A stretch of DNA of 63,670 nt, counting the filler, from Jimgerdemannia flammicorona (taxonomy: Eukaryota): the NCBI GenBank assembly GCA_003990765.1. It is 3 parts of 3 records of this genome, joined end to end, with 100 filler letters (N's around TTAATTAATTAA, not from the genome) between each part and the next. Parts side by side here need not be neighbours in the genome. Positions count along the whole stretch, not along the records: positions 42,519 to 63,670 come from RBNJ01001515.1; 2 more parts are not named here. One strand, written 5' to 3'. Both the position numbers and the translations under genes were made by a program. Numbering within the stretch: position 1 is the stretch's first letter; every line of letters begins with the position of its first letter. Below are positions 50,901 through 63,670 of the stretch, one piece after another. The notes under the pieces are model-generated. The model saw nothing but the letters and a program-made list of their open reading frames with translations. It did not search any database and had not been told where the DNA came from.

Positions 50901-51810
50901 TTACTTTTATGATCTTGGGTTATAGTACTAGAAAGATTAGTATTTATATGAGTTAGTTCTTCTTCTTAACTATAAATAGAATTATAGAGTTGTTGTTTCC
51001 AGTAATGAGTAGAATTCTCTAATATAATTAGAAATAATAACTCCTCCTTTAATCAAAGTTTCATTTCAGCTAGGCTGCTCCTTGTCTTGAGTATTCTGAT
51101 ATATGTATATGATTCTTGGGAATAGTCATCTCTAGGTTAGTTATAAATAAAGTAGTTGTCTGTAGTTCAAGAACTATCTCTTCAACTATAGTAATATCTA
51201 TTCTAGTTATATTTTCTGACTTATATTCTGACAGAACTGCATCAGGATAAATCCTCTAAATCATCATCTTGATTTCTTCTTCATCATCACTATCTTCTAG
51301 AAGAGCTGGTAGTTTATCCTTCTAATATTTCTTTTCTTGCTACTTTTGTCTTGTTTACTTCTCCTCATAATGAATCTTGTAGATCTTGGAAATATATTGG
51401 AGTATTTGTCTATATACTTTATATATATATATATATAGTACATCTGAATTCTATAAGAACAAACTCCTTATAGAGTATATTCTTCAGCAATCTTCTATAG
51501 TAATTTTCTTTACTGATCTACCTGACCTTCTTCTTCTTTTTCTGAGTGGTTATTATATAGATTTTTTATTGATCACTATCTTCTTTCTCTATCTTAGGAA
51601 ATACTTCTTTATTGATATTAATTAGAATTTACATCTTTGTCCTCAGTAGACAATTTGTATCTTCTGAATATTTATATCAATTATAGCCTTAGTCTTATGA
51701 AGCCACTGATTGTTGATGAAAATATCATAGTTGGTGGTATTTGTAACAATCATATTTACTAAAATGGTTACTTTTCCAAACTTGCTCAGATTTTTTCCAG
51801 AGGAGTGACT
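47980..51810 (-). mobile_element. Heavily decayed A-type pol (PR, dUTPase, RT, RH, IN) plus the start of the accessory ORF
   Basis: Collinear with 8410-12290; NYDIFINNQWLHKTKAII; boundaries approximate. Confidence 0.75.
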
Positions 51811-52144
51811 CTTTATCTTAGAGTAGATATCTTCTTTTTTCTTATAGCTAGTAGCTTCTATTATCTCTAGATAAGTAGTCTTGATTCTTTTATAGTATGT
51901 AACCTCTGTTGTCTTATAAGTAGCTCTAATTTTTATATGTGGTGAGTTTTTCAATTTATCTAACCAAATAGTCTAACTTAGAGTTAGGGTTCTGAATTAT
52001 ATTTCTCTCTTTCTTTCTCTCCTTGACTGACTTTTCTTCTTCTAGTTTTTCATGTTCTAGAAGAAGTTTTTATAGGTTTTAGCTAAGAGATCTTTCTTGT
52101 CATCTTTCTTATTATGATCACTCCAGGTAGTTTCTTATTCAATA

Positions 52145-53336
52145 TTTTTTTTTTTTTTTTTTTTTTTTATATATTTTTTTTTTTTTTTTTTTTTTTTTAA
52201 CAGACTCTATGTCTTGTGGATTTTTATTGAAAGAAAACCTAGACTATATTGGCCAAAACTCTCCCCCACCTTCTCCTAAGTATTATACTCCTATTAGACC
52301 TGGGTTAGCTATTGTCCAGCAGCTCAATCATATTAGACAGAGTATGGCTTGGATAGCCTACACCTCATTCTGTATATCATACTCTCTCTACTATTAGGGA
52401 AAAAGTGATTATATGTCAATGACCAAAGGCATATATCTGAAATTCTATCATATATATAAGACCATATCTGAGCTAAATAGAATAGCCTCTGCTACTCCAA
52501 ATAGAGTAATAGGTAAAGAAAAAACCCTCCAAAAAATATAGAGTAGTGAGTAAGACCTGGTTCTCTCTAATGAGATGAGTAGAGAACTTATACATAAGAT
52601 AGAAGAAAATTCCCAATACTCTACTACTCAAGCATATAAGCCTTGATCATATTACTATATTAGCTCTTAGTTTTAGTTGAGTATAGCTAAGATACTTAAC
52701 TCAGATATTCTTGGGCCCTCTAATAATCTTCAAGTAATATCACAGTATGCTGAGAGTGATACTTGCCACCTAGCTACTCTATACTAATCAGAAGGCCCCA
52801 CTAATATAGTATATATCTGTACTAGCCCTGATAACTATCACTAGCCTGGCACTCTACTGGTCTACTATAATTACTCTTCTTCCTATCTATAACAGTCATC
52901 TTCTCTTCCATTCTGATACCATCTAAAAAAAAGTTATCTAGCTAGAACTATACTCATCAGAAAGCTCACCAAAGCTTAGAGGTACTAAGGATTTGCTGGA
53001 ACCTTCACTGGTACTTGATGCCCAAGGTTGGCCAACTCTCTATATAGTCCATAATATACTATGATAATATCTTATTAATAATGACAAAAGGAAGAAGATA
53101 CTATATGGAAATAAGTATACTCCAAATATTGCCAGAGGTATCAGAAACTGTAAAAAAGTAGAGAAGATACTAATCTAATATTAATAAAGAGGCAACTTGT
53201 CACCATTGCCTTACTTCTACTATCTTGCAATAGGTACAGCAAACCAACTTAAGATAAAGAGAGTATAAGTTGTAGAAAAGAAACTTGGAAATTTGCTTAC
53301 CAAACCTTGTAACTGGTAAAATAGTAGAGAAATGAG
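52145..53336 (-). mobile_element. 5'-truncated poly(A)-tailed insertion, probably a non-LTR retroelement
   Basis: Double poly(T) at 52145-52198 with nearby TTTATT; D-type gag resumes on both sides. Confidence 0.55.
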
Positions 53337-53990
53337 CTATTGAGCTATATCTACTTGTTTTTCAGCTCTTTTAATGTCTAGAGTATAGATATGCTGAGTA
53401 ATGTTTTGGGGGAATTCTGATTGGTAGTATTGAACCTAGCTATATGCATTCTTTTCTAGATTCTAATAAAGAATGCTCTGGATGATTTTCTGAAATTTAT
53501 CTTTATCTTTATAATAGATTCTTAAGCCTTATAGTGGGTTTTATTTTCTATATATTTTTTGATAAGTAAGTGACTCATAGCTTTATATCTTCTTTCTAAG
53601 ATACTACTGTCTGAATGACTGTTCTAAGTTCTGCATATATATCATTTACTATATAGTTGAAAATTCCCTTGACTGGTTCTCTGAGTTGGGCTTTAAAGAT
53701 GATAATTTTTCTCTAAGTAGTGAGATTATATTTCTTCAATTCTATTAAGAAATTCCTTTAGGTCTTCTTCTGGATATTCTGCAAAAGTTGGCATTAGGGT
53801 GATCATTTTATTATTATTGTCTTCTAGTTCTAATTCTGGTTCTAATTTACTTTCTGAGTTATTACTAGAGCTTGGGATGCTTGAGTATTCTGAAGATAGA
53901 GTTGTTGGTCTTGAGTAAGATATAGTAGGTCTGAGTATCCTCAAAGGGACTATTTCTGGTCCTTTTGATAATATAGTTACTGGTCTTGAA

Positions 53991-54206
53991 TTTTTTTTTT
54001 TTTTATAACAATACTATTTATTACTCATTCAGTCTATTATAATATATATACAGTTTCCTAACCCACTACCCAATTCCCCTAAGGGGGTCCCCCCCACACT
54101 CTCACAATTGAAGGCTACTCTACCATTAACTATAGCAATCCTTTCTTCACTCTACCCACAGATCTTCTTTACTAATTAGTAATGATGACCAGCAGACCTC
54201 ACTCTA
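53991..54206 (-). mobile_element. LINE 3' fragment with a 13-bp TSD
   Basis: Poly(T); similar to the LINE 3' end at 62740-62830; TSD TTACTGGTCTTGA (53977-53989) and TTACTAGTCTTGA (54207-54219). Confidence 0.8.
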
Positions 54207-54222
54207 TTACTAGTCTTGATAG

Positions 54223-57200
54223 TGTGACAAACCACGAAACATAGCAATCTCAAAACCTAGCTAGGTGACATGAACAATAGCATAGTAATCAGCAACCATT
54301 GCTGCAGAAAAATGTATAAATAACCAGATAGCCAAAGAAGGGAATAATGTGAAAAGTGGCTGTCCCCTGGACAGTGGCTGTCCACCAAACAGTGACTGTC
54401 CACCCAAACATACCATAGATAGCAAATCTATAGTTAGCCAGATAGCAACCAGATAGCAACCACAATGTATAAATTACCCCAGAGACAAGAGTGAATAAAC
54501 CTCAGTCTGAAAAGTCCGAAATTCAAAGCAAAAGACAAGTCTGCCTACCACACTTCGAGAGGAACTCTACAGCCACTGCTAGGAGATTGTGAGCTTATTT
54601 CCCCTTTCCACTCTGGTCCACTTTCTGATACAAAGCTGATTTGCCGCCAAGTTCAAGGAAGAACTTCGCCGCCCTTTGAAGAGAAACCTGCCGCTTAAGG
54701 AACAAGCCGCCGTTTTCAAGTTATTCGCCACCATTCTTGCCACAAGCCAGTCTTTCTGACGCAACTTCGCAGTGGAGCCAGTCTACAACGTAACCCCATG
54801 CAAACGAAGCCAGTCTTTGACGTAACTTGCCAAGAATCCTAGTTAATTCCCAGTTAAGCCGCCATTTTCAAGAAGTCCACTGATTCAGGAAGAATCTGCA
54901 TCATCTGCCATCTCCAAGTTAACCACCGTACTCCCAGTTGAAACCGCCGATTCAGGAGAATCCGCATCATCTGCTGTTTCCAAGTTATCTATCATATTCC
55001 CAGAAGAACCCGATTCAGAAGAACTCGCGCCATTTGAGTAGTATTCCCAATTATCCGAATTATCCGTTCCATCCGAAGTTATCTGTTGTTCCCAGTGAGC
55101 CCGAGTTATCAAGTTACCCACCGCCAGTGCAATTCCCGGTGAACCCACACCCAAATCGAGTTATCCACCAAATTATCAGAACATTCGCATAAGGAACCCG
55201 TCGCACTACACAGAGATCGTCACACCAAAGCCATCATCCAGAAATCGCATACTTTTGGAAATTGCCTCGCTACACAAATTGTGGCATTCCCAGTTGACCC
55301 AAGAAGGAAACCCATTCGCACAAATCGCTGCTACACCCAGAGTACTGTCCCAATTAGGAAATTGACATACAAATCACTTGTAGATATCCAGCTTTGACTA
55401 TTATACCACTAAATACCAAGGACCTCAGGAATCTTAGATCATTTTGTTGCTTTTTGACAAAGTAACTGGGGGCTCAAGCCAAACTACATCAACCCCCAAC
55501 CTTGTAACTTGCCTCCATTGAGCCAGCACATTACATTTGGGGCTCAACTGGGAAGATTTCAAAATTGACGTGACTTTTCAGCTCACAAGAACCCACAGTC
55601 AAACTGGATACATTTGATACAACACCAACCTCTGCTACTACAGGAGAACCAGTTATCACCAGTATCTGGATAGGAAGAGAAGTAATTACTTCAAGACTTG
55701 CCAATTACCCAGCATCAGAAGGATCCCAACCAGAACCAGAAGATGGTACAGCCCAAAATCCCCAACCAGATCAACCAGGCAACACAGGCAGCCCTGCTAG
55801 AGATTTTGGAGAACTTGCACAAGAACTAGAAGACCTTATCACACAAACCTGAGATCTTACAGCCAGATGCCCCAGATCAGCCCCACCAATCTCATCAATA
55901 GAACCTTTACCACAACCCCTTGCAGAGCCAGAAGTAGCTTCTACAAGAATACCTAGACCTATTCCACTTTGTCCAAGGCCCAGAACACCATCCTCAAGAT
56001 ACCCAAGCACCCCCATCTCCAGTGATAGCTCAGAAAGTGAATCAGAATCAGAATCCAAACTTGAACCAGAATCAGAAGAAAGTGACAATAAAATGACCAC
56101 CTCATTGCCAACCTTTGCAGGATACCCGGAGGAAGATCCCAGAGAATTCCTTGACAGAATTGAAGGAATTGCAGTCTTGAGGAATCTCTCAGATGAAAGA
56201 AAAATCGCCATCTACAAGGCTCAGCTCAGAGAACCAGCCAGAGGAATTTTTCATCAAACAGCAAACAACTGAGATTCAGAACTAGCAAGACAGATACATA
56301 CAAGCAGCAATGTCTGATGAGCTAGAATATGAGGCCATGGTCCACTGGCTCATCAAAAAGTATGCAGGAAATGAAACCCACCACAAGGCTCAAGAATCTA
56401 TCATAGGAATGAAGATGAACCTTGGAGAATCACCCAGAGCCTTCTTCATAAGAATCCAGAAGAGAATGCATGCTGCTGGGTTCAATGCCACCAATCAGGA
56501 CATCATTGGTCCAATGACCTTCATGAATGGAATTCCCCCAAACATTGCCCAACATGTCTGCACCCTAGACATCAGAAGGTCTGAAGAGCAAGTAGATGCA
56601 GCCCAAGGATTCTTTGATGTCAGACAAGGAACTACTTGGAGTGACCATGATAGAAAAGAAGATAAGGAAGACATTCTGGTCAAAGCCCTACAAGGACTCC
56701 TTCAAGGACAAGAAAGATCTGAAGAAAGAAGGCCAGCCAAGGAGGGAAAGAAGGATAGAAGTGAAATCCAAGACCTTAGCTCCAAGTTGGACTGATTGGA
56801 TGGACAGATTGAAATACTCACTACATGTAAAAATCGGGACTACCAAAATAACAGAGGGTACCCACCACAGAGGAGCCAACATTATCCACCAAGAGATAAT
56901 AGTAATTACCAGTAAGAAGAAAGAAGGTACCCTGTCCGAGATAGAGCTCAAGTCCAATGCTTCCACTGTGGACAATTCAGACACTATGCCACTGAATGTG
57001 ATAACAAAAGAAGTGACCAAAGGAACTCAGAACCACCAAACCGAAGGAATGACACTCAGTACAAGAAGACTGAAGCCCATCCTGTAGAAGATTTTGAGGA
57101 AGCAAGCAACAGTGAAGACTATAGTAATCTGGACTTGTACCCTACCAAGGTCACCTCCTAAAAAACAGTTTACCCAGCAGAGAAAAGAAAGACCTGTAGG

Positions 57201-60200
57201 AAGGCCATCCAGGAACATCAGCAGAAGAATTATCCAAGAGGAGGATGAAGAACATGAAGAGGAGCAGGTAGAAACACCTCCTTGAACCCCCTCACCTTTT
57301 GTTCCTGAGACAAATAAGTTGCTACCAGAGGATGAAGAAATGGAACAAGAAGAACAGAGACCTGCGACTCCAAAGCCCAAGAAGAAGTATACCCCAAAGA
57401 CTATGCCTAGAGATATATACAATGAAACCTGGCAGAAGATTCAAGAAGCCAAGATGGAAGTCCCCCTCCTGCAGTTCCTGCAACTGATACCAGCTGGAGT
57501 CCAAAACAAATTACTGAGAACCACCAGGTCCAGCACTGGCCAATTTCCAATCCCACAGCAAGAACCAGTTCCCATCCCTGTTCAGGCAGCCAAAAGACAT
57601 GTCAGCACCTACCTGCATGGAGATATTGGAGGACAAAAGGCGAAGATCCTCATAGACACAGGAGCAGCTGTCTGTGTCATTGCCAAACAGTTCCTGGACA
57701 CCCTCTAATGGCCAATTGATGGACCATCCAACCTCAGCATCATAGTAGCAGATGGAGCCCAAACTCAACTCCTCAGAGAAGTACGAAATATCACCATCTC
57801 CCTTGGACACATTCAGTTCTCCATCCTCAAAGCTGTTGTCACAGAAGCTGTCATATATGACATGATTCTTGGTACCAACTGAATGAAGGAAATGAATGCA
57901 GTTGTTGATATCAGCCAACAAGTACTCAAGTTTGACTACCGAGGCAAGAAGTACAGAGTTAAGGTGACCAGCTATGAGCAATCGAAGAATCGCCTGGCAC
58001 AGCCTGCCCAGAATGCAGAAGGAAGAAGAAGAAATGCAGATATGTTCCAGAAACACCTGCAACTGAAGCTGCAGAAGTACAAGCAATTTGGGGACAAGAA
58101 TCATCTGGGGAAGAGGAAACTTCTGACCAAGAAGTTCCTGAACAAGAAGTACCTGAAGAAGAACAGGTCCCTGAACTCATTCCCTGGGATGACCCTCGCT
58201 GGACACCACCTGAAGACAATGACCCTTGGAATACAGAAGAAGGACCCAGCACAATCACTATTATCCCCAAGAAAGAAACTCACCAAGAAAAGGCCTTTTG
58301 GCTAGGAAGATGTCCACACCAAATGGTCTTCCACTCTTCCTGAGACTACTGTTATCAGTGTCATCTGTTGGACCAACAAGAAAGACAAAGACCCCAGAGG
58401 CCAGAACCCCCAACTACTCTTGCACAGTCCACCACCTTTCAAGAAGTTACCACAAGATTACAGAGTCGATTTAGAGGATAAGGCTTCTTCACCCAGACAG
58501 AAATATATCCCTTGTCTACCCTTCCACCCACCTATGACCAAGATGGGTACCGATTCCCAAGACAACAGGAGATATACAGCCCTGCAAGTGCTGGGGCTGA
58601 TACCATGATGCTGGATGGAGGGAGGCTGGTGACTTCTGGAGGAAAGGAGGTGGGGAACCTACTGTGGATGTACCGGATGATGAATAACCTAGCAGTGGAA
58701 GAGTTGGGGGAGGTGGACTTGAGAGTGATGAGTGATGAGCATTGGGCATGGATACTGCAGGGGGATGGAGCATTGAAGGCATTGAAGGAAGAAATCCTTG
58801 CAGTATATCTGGAGGAGGAAGGGTATGAGGTGGATAAGGAGTGAGAGGCAGAGATGGCAGTTGTTACTGGGGAGAGGGCTGAATACTGCTGGAACAGGTA
58901 CCATGGACTGCAGCTCTGGCAGTAGGCCTGCCTAGAGTACCAGAAGGAGTTTGAGGAAAAGGCAGATGGGTAGATGAACAACCTGCTGGTTGGATTGGAG
59001 GCTCAGAGGGCTGAAGAGGAGAAGGTGACTATGGAACATAATCTGGACATGGCACAGGAGGAGATGAACATGGAGCAGTAAGGATCAATTAATAACAAAA
59101 TGTATTTTATTATGAATAGTACAACCAACATTTTTTCTTTGAATGTGAATAGGTTATGGGGAGCTGCTAGACATAGGAACATTTTTACTTGGCTGAAGGG
59201 ATTGGAGGCTGATCTCTTCCTCTTGCAGGATGTTAGGTGTGAGGATGATTCCGATAGGATGGAATAGACAAAGGAATGGGGAGGTGTGGCGATTTGAAAG
59301 AGCAAGGTGGGGATTCTGGTTCAGAAAGGCAGAGGGGAGATTAGGGACATGAGGAGCTGGGGGGAGAGACTGGTCTGGGGTGAGTGGATTCATGCAGGAT
59401 GGGAGCCAGTTATGGTGGGCTCCTATTACTGCCCTGCTGTATGGGGTGAGCATGTAGATTGGGTAAAGGGTCTCCAGGAGAGTGGGATCCTTGCAGAGGC
59501 TGGGGTGGATATGCTTGGAGGGGATTTCAATATGGTTCAGGATATACTGATGGATAGAACAGATGGAGGACAGGGTGCTGAGAGCAGGAGTGGAGGACTG
59601 GCAGCATGGGAGGAAGTAGAAAGACTAAGTGCACTAGTAGATGTAGGCAGAGAGTGCTGGGGAGATAGGAGGGTTTATATGCATTGGGCAGGGGGCCTGG
59701 GGACAAGGATCGACTGGATTCTGATGGCCAGTTGCTGGGGCTTAGATGTTTGGATATCTCTGGAGGTGGAATGGTGTCTATGGTCGGATCACTGGGGGCT
59801 TTTGGATCAGGGGTGCTTTGGGGGGAGTGGGGATGGGCCCGGACATTGGTGCCTAAATTCCTCTTTATTAAATGACAAGACCCAGTGGGATGAGTGGGCT
59901 AAGGACATTCAGCTGAGAGTGGAGAACTGGTGGCAGGAAGGGGCCTTGTTGGAGTACAGTGGATGAGGATGAAGGAGATAGCCAAGATTTACTGGAGTGA
60001 GGCTGGCAAGGAGGCAGGGAAGCAGAGAAGGCAAAGGGTGTATTGGGCTTCTACTAGATTGGCTAGGTTACTGGAGGAGTGGGCAAGACTGGCAATATTG
60101 GAGGGGGAGGAAGATTGGAGACTAATGAGGGCAAAGATGGAGGTTAGAGAACTACAACAGATATTGCAGGAAGAGGAAGAGGCAAGGGTAAAAGCCTGGT

Positions 60201-62952
60201 GGCAAGGCTTCATTGGTAAGATCTGGAGGAAGGAGAGAGGCCTTCCAAGTTTCTTACAAGGGCTCTTCAGATAAGAAGGGTACAGCAACAGTGGGAAGGG
60301 GTACTTGACTCTGATGGTGTACTGATGCATAGTATACAGGACATTCTTGGATCATTGAAGGTGCGATGGAGTGGATTGTAGAGTGAGGAGGAGGGTGGGG
60401 TAGATGCTGCTGCCATTGATCAAATATTGGAGAATTGGCACCCATCATGAGTAGAGGGGCTAGGTGATTTGGTGATGCCAGTACAGGAGGAGGAGATTCA
60501 CCAGGTTCTTACTACGACAATGCCAGGGATGGTACCTGGGGAGGATGGTCTGCCCTGGGACTTCTGGAAAGGATGGTGGGAGTCCCAGGTATAATGGGAG
60601 AGATGACAGCACTATGTGACTCTATTCTACAAACAGGGAGATGGGTGGGAGAGCAAGATCTTGGGCTGGTGACACTGCTTTATATGTAAGAACAAAGGAA
60701 GGTGAGAGGATTGGAAGAACTGGCAACCAATAATGTTGTTAGATATGGACAGAATGTTGGTAACTAAGGTGGTGGTTGCAAGGCTACAGAAGGTGGCCTA
60801 GCAAGTTGTTGATGTTGAGCAGAGGGGATTTGTGGGTGGTCAGCTCATTAGGGATGGCATGGCCTGGGTACATGGAGTTATTGAAGGGGCAAGGGCTTGT
60901 GGACTGGATGGGTATCTAGTCTTCTTAGACCAGGAGAAGGCTTATGACCAGGTGCAACAAGTCTGGCTGGTGAAAGTACTGAATAGAATTGGAGTTCCAT
61001 GCCAATTCCAGTCAGCAATGGTCAGCCTACTGGAGGGAGTAGGGCTGCACTCATGTATAATGGACATAGAGGGATAGCATTTCCCCTGGGTAGGGGGGTG
61101 CCCCAGGGAGACCCACTGTCCCCCATTTTGTATGCTCTTTCCCTAGAACTCCTGATGGATAGAATTAGGTGGAGGATAGTAGGACTCTCTGTTTTTGATA
61201 TTGGGTGGAAAGTTGGGGCCTTTGCAGATGATATGATGGTTGGCTTGGGATCAATTACTGATGTCGAGGAACTCAGGAAGACAGTAGAGTGGTATGAGGA
61301 GAACTCTGAGGCTAAGCTTAATTGGCACAAGTGTGAAACAATGGTGCAAGACAATGGCCTGATAGGAGGAGAGGTTATAGGAACAATTGTCCCCCCAGGT
61401 GAGGCAGTGCAGTACTTGAGCATCTATTTATCAGTCTATGGGTCAGTTCTGCCCAGGCTTTGGTGGGAGCAGAGGATTGGAATCTGGGAGGAGGCCCTGT
61501 GGAGTTGGGGGGTACAGCACTTTTCTCTGGTGGGGTGGGTCTCAGTTTTGAATGTCTATTGGCTGCCAAAGTTATGGTATCTGGCTTATCATCTGGACTT
61601 CCCAGCCTGGGTGGTGAAGAGATTGATAAAGTTGGTAAAGGAATGGATCTGGGCAGCAGATGGAGTCAGATTAGTTGGGAGACCTTATCCTTACCAGTGG
61701 CAAGAGGTGGTCTTGGGCTGGTTGACTTTCCAAAATGTCTACACTGCTTGAGAGCATGGTGGCTAAAGAGAGCAGTGGAGCTGAGAGGAGGTGGTTGGGT
61801 TCCACTGCTGCAGAAGATCTGAGAGAGGCAGTCATTGCCAAGAGGCTCAACTGGTGATCTCCTTTCATTGGTTGGACTTCAGAATACTGAACAATTGCAA
61901 TATAAAGGATTCTGGTGGGGGATAGTGGAGGGGGTGTACCACATTGGAATTCATTAGCAGGAGAATGAAGGGGAGGTGGCTTGGGATCTGGCAATGTGGA
62001 GATGGGATCATATACTGTTGGGTGGCATTCCTTTAATTGAGTTTGACATTGGTGATGGGATGGAATACCAAAGGAGACCAGGCCTAGATCTGTGGCCTAG
62101 TGGTTGGCAAGGAGTCAGAATTGATGAAGAGTGGAACTGGTATAATGTTTGGACCTGGAGTGCTGCAGTAAGGAAGTGGATGCTACTGAAGTACTGGGTG
62201 GCCTGGTGGTGCATGCTGAGGAGAAATGTAATGCTCAACTTCTGCTCAGGTCACCTCATCATAGGGGGTTGCTTCAACTGTGAGGAGTGCCTTAATGTAG
62301 GGCAGGAAGGGGGCTATATATAGATATCAGAACATTGGCTAGGAGAGTGTGAGGTGCTGGGAGACTTTGGGCAGGCGATTGGGGCTTGCTTGGGGGTACA
62401 GCATAGGGGTGATGAAGTATGGGGGCAGTGGGAGGATTTGAAGGATCATTTGATAGGGGGGGTGGGAAAGGAGTAGCTTACCTTAGGCTGGGCATTGGCC
62501 ATTTGGGTGGGGCTGGACAGTCACTGGCTATTTGTTTTTGAGAATGGGAGGAGACCAGGCTTAGGAGACTGGTTGTTGCAGTGGCATAGGCTTATGGAAG
62601 ATGCCTTGACAGGCTGGTGGCTTGGTTGGGGGCTATAGAGTGGTTGGAGGTGCCACTTGGTAGAGAACATCTGTGAGCAGAGTGGGGGGAGAGTTGGAGT
62701 GGTGGGTGAGAGGGTGATCTTTATTTATGAGAAGGTGGGGAGGGGCACCCCTATGGGGATTGGGTAGTAGGTGGTGAAACTGTGTACTTATTCATAGACT
62801 GGTAATAAAGACAGAGTCCAAGTGACTATAAAAAAAAAAAAAAAAAAAAAAGAGAAGGAGAGGAGGGGCACACCTAAGGGGAAAGGGTAGTAGGTGGAGA
62901 AACTGTGTACATAATAATAGAAAGGTAATAAAGACAGAGTCAAAGAGAATAT

Positions 62953-62983
<31 letters not shown>

Positions 62984-63653
62984 AGACCATTTATTTGATG
63001 TACTACCTGAATGGCTTACTAGAAAACCCTGAGAACAAGGCTGCCCAGTTGGTTGCAATCACCAACAATGGTACTTGGCAAGAATCAAGACCATGGTTAA
63101 GCAAATCCTAACAGCTGGACCAATTTTGCCCCAAAGATAATTCAACAACAAGGAAAAGACTTGGACCAAGAAAGAAGAATCCAAGCATGAAATATCCTGA
63201 GCTCCCTCCACATCCACCTCTTGGATACCCAGAAAACATAAACCCACCCAGCTGAGTACCTTCAAGAAACTCACTGAAGGAGAAAGGAGTGAACTTCAAA
63301 GAAGTAGAGCATGCTTCTATTGCTGAAAGACAGAATATATGACCAGTGTCTGTCCTAACTAAAAACCCCAAACAGCAACACAAGTAACCATTACTACTCT
63401 GCACCACCTCAATAACCTGACTACCAGAATACTGGACTTTATCAAGTTAAGGCAAACTGCCAAGGCCCCAATCAAAGGAAGTCAAAAGGCAGTAGGATAT
63501 GATCTATATACAGCTGAAGAAGCTACAGTTTCCAACTAAGAAGTCAAGCAAGTCTATACAGGAATCAGTATCCAAATCTCTGAAGGACATATTGGAAGAA
63601 TATGCTATTACAGCAGTCTAGCATTGAAAGGACTCTCAGTAGAAGGAGGAGTC
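54223..63653 (+). mobile_element. Gypsy family D: 5' LTR 54223-55535, tRNA-Pro-type PBS, gag, PR, linker, dUTPase; interrupted by a LINE and probably continuing beyond the window
   Basis: TGTGAC...TTACA, then TGGGGCTCAACTGGGAA; CFHCGQFRHYATEC; ILIDTGAAVCVI; PIKGSQKAVGYDLY...SSLALKGLSVEGGV. Confidence 0.88.
58580..62978 (+). mobile_element. 5'-truncated L1/Tx1-like LINE (ORF1 end, ORF2 from 59100) with a duplicated 3' end
   Basis: SLNVN, FLLQD, GGDFN, SDH, LDQEKAYD, GVPQGDPLSP, FADD; poly(A) at 62831-62851 and 62953-62978. 5' junction approximate. Confidence 0.9.
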
Positions 63654-63670
63654 TTTTTTTTTTTTTTTTT
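63654..63670 (-). mobile_element. Poly(A) tail of a probable further non-LTR insertion
   Basis: Poly(T) abruptly interrupts the dUTPase at the window edge. Confidence 0.45.

Larger units (their letters stand above)
51811..54222 (-). mobile_element. Decayed D-type gag, interrupted by two non-LTR insertions
   Basis: SKLEPELELEDNNNKMITLMPTFAEYPEEDLKEFLNRIEEI matches family D gag near 56050-56170. Confidence 0.75.

Noticed and set aside
55467..55478. Second PBS-like TGGGGGCTCAA inside the family D LTR
   Set aside because: Only 11 nt match and it is not preceded by a CA LTR end; the 3' LTR is not in the window to test it.

Overview
Eukaryotic, probably fungal, repeat-dense window that is almost entirely nested, C>T/G>A-decayed transposons. 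It holds several Ty3/Gypsy LTR retrotransposon families (my labels A, A', B, C, D, E; 4-bp TSDs where both ends are visible; a dUTPase in pol of A, B and D), a relic Copia element, L1/Tx1-like LINEs, an intron-containing hAT transposase and two 100-bp assembly-gap linkers. One clear host gene is visible: a two-exon, 130-aa membrane protein at 3735-4295 (-). The main finding is an unannotated accessory protein family shared by otherwise divergent Gypsy families. It is encoded inside the U3 of the 1.5-2.4 kb LTRs in families B and C (probably also E) and directly after integrase in family A. The B and C versions end in acidic/aromatic tails and sit just upstream of family-specific palindromic repeat arrays and the TATA box. 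My inference is an element-encoded regulator (transactivator or anti-silencing factor) with cognate operator arrays. All alignments and counts were made by eye; no database search was run, and boundaries of heavily decayed elements are approximate.
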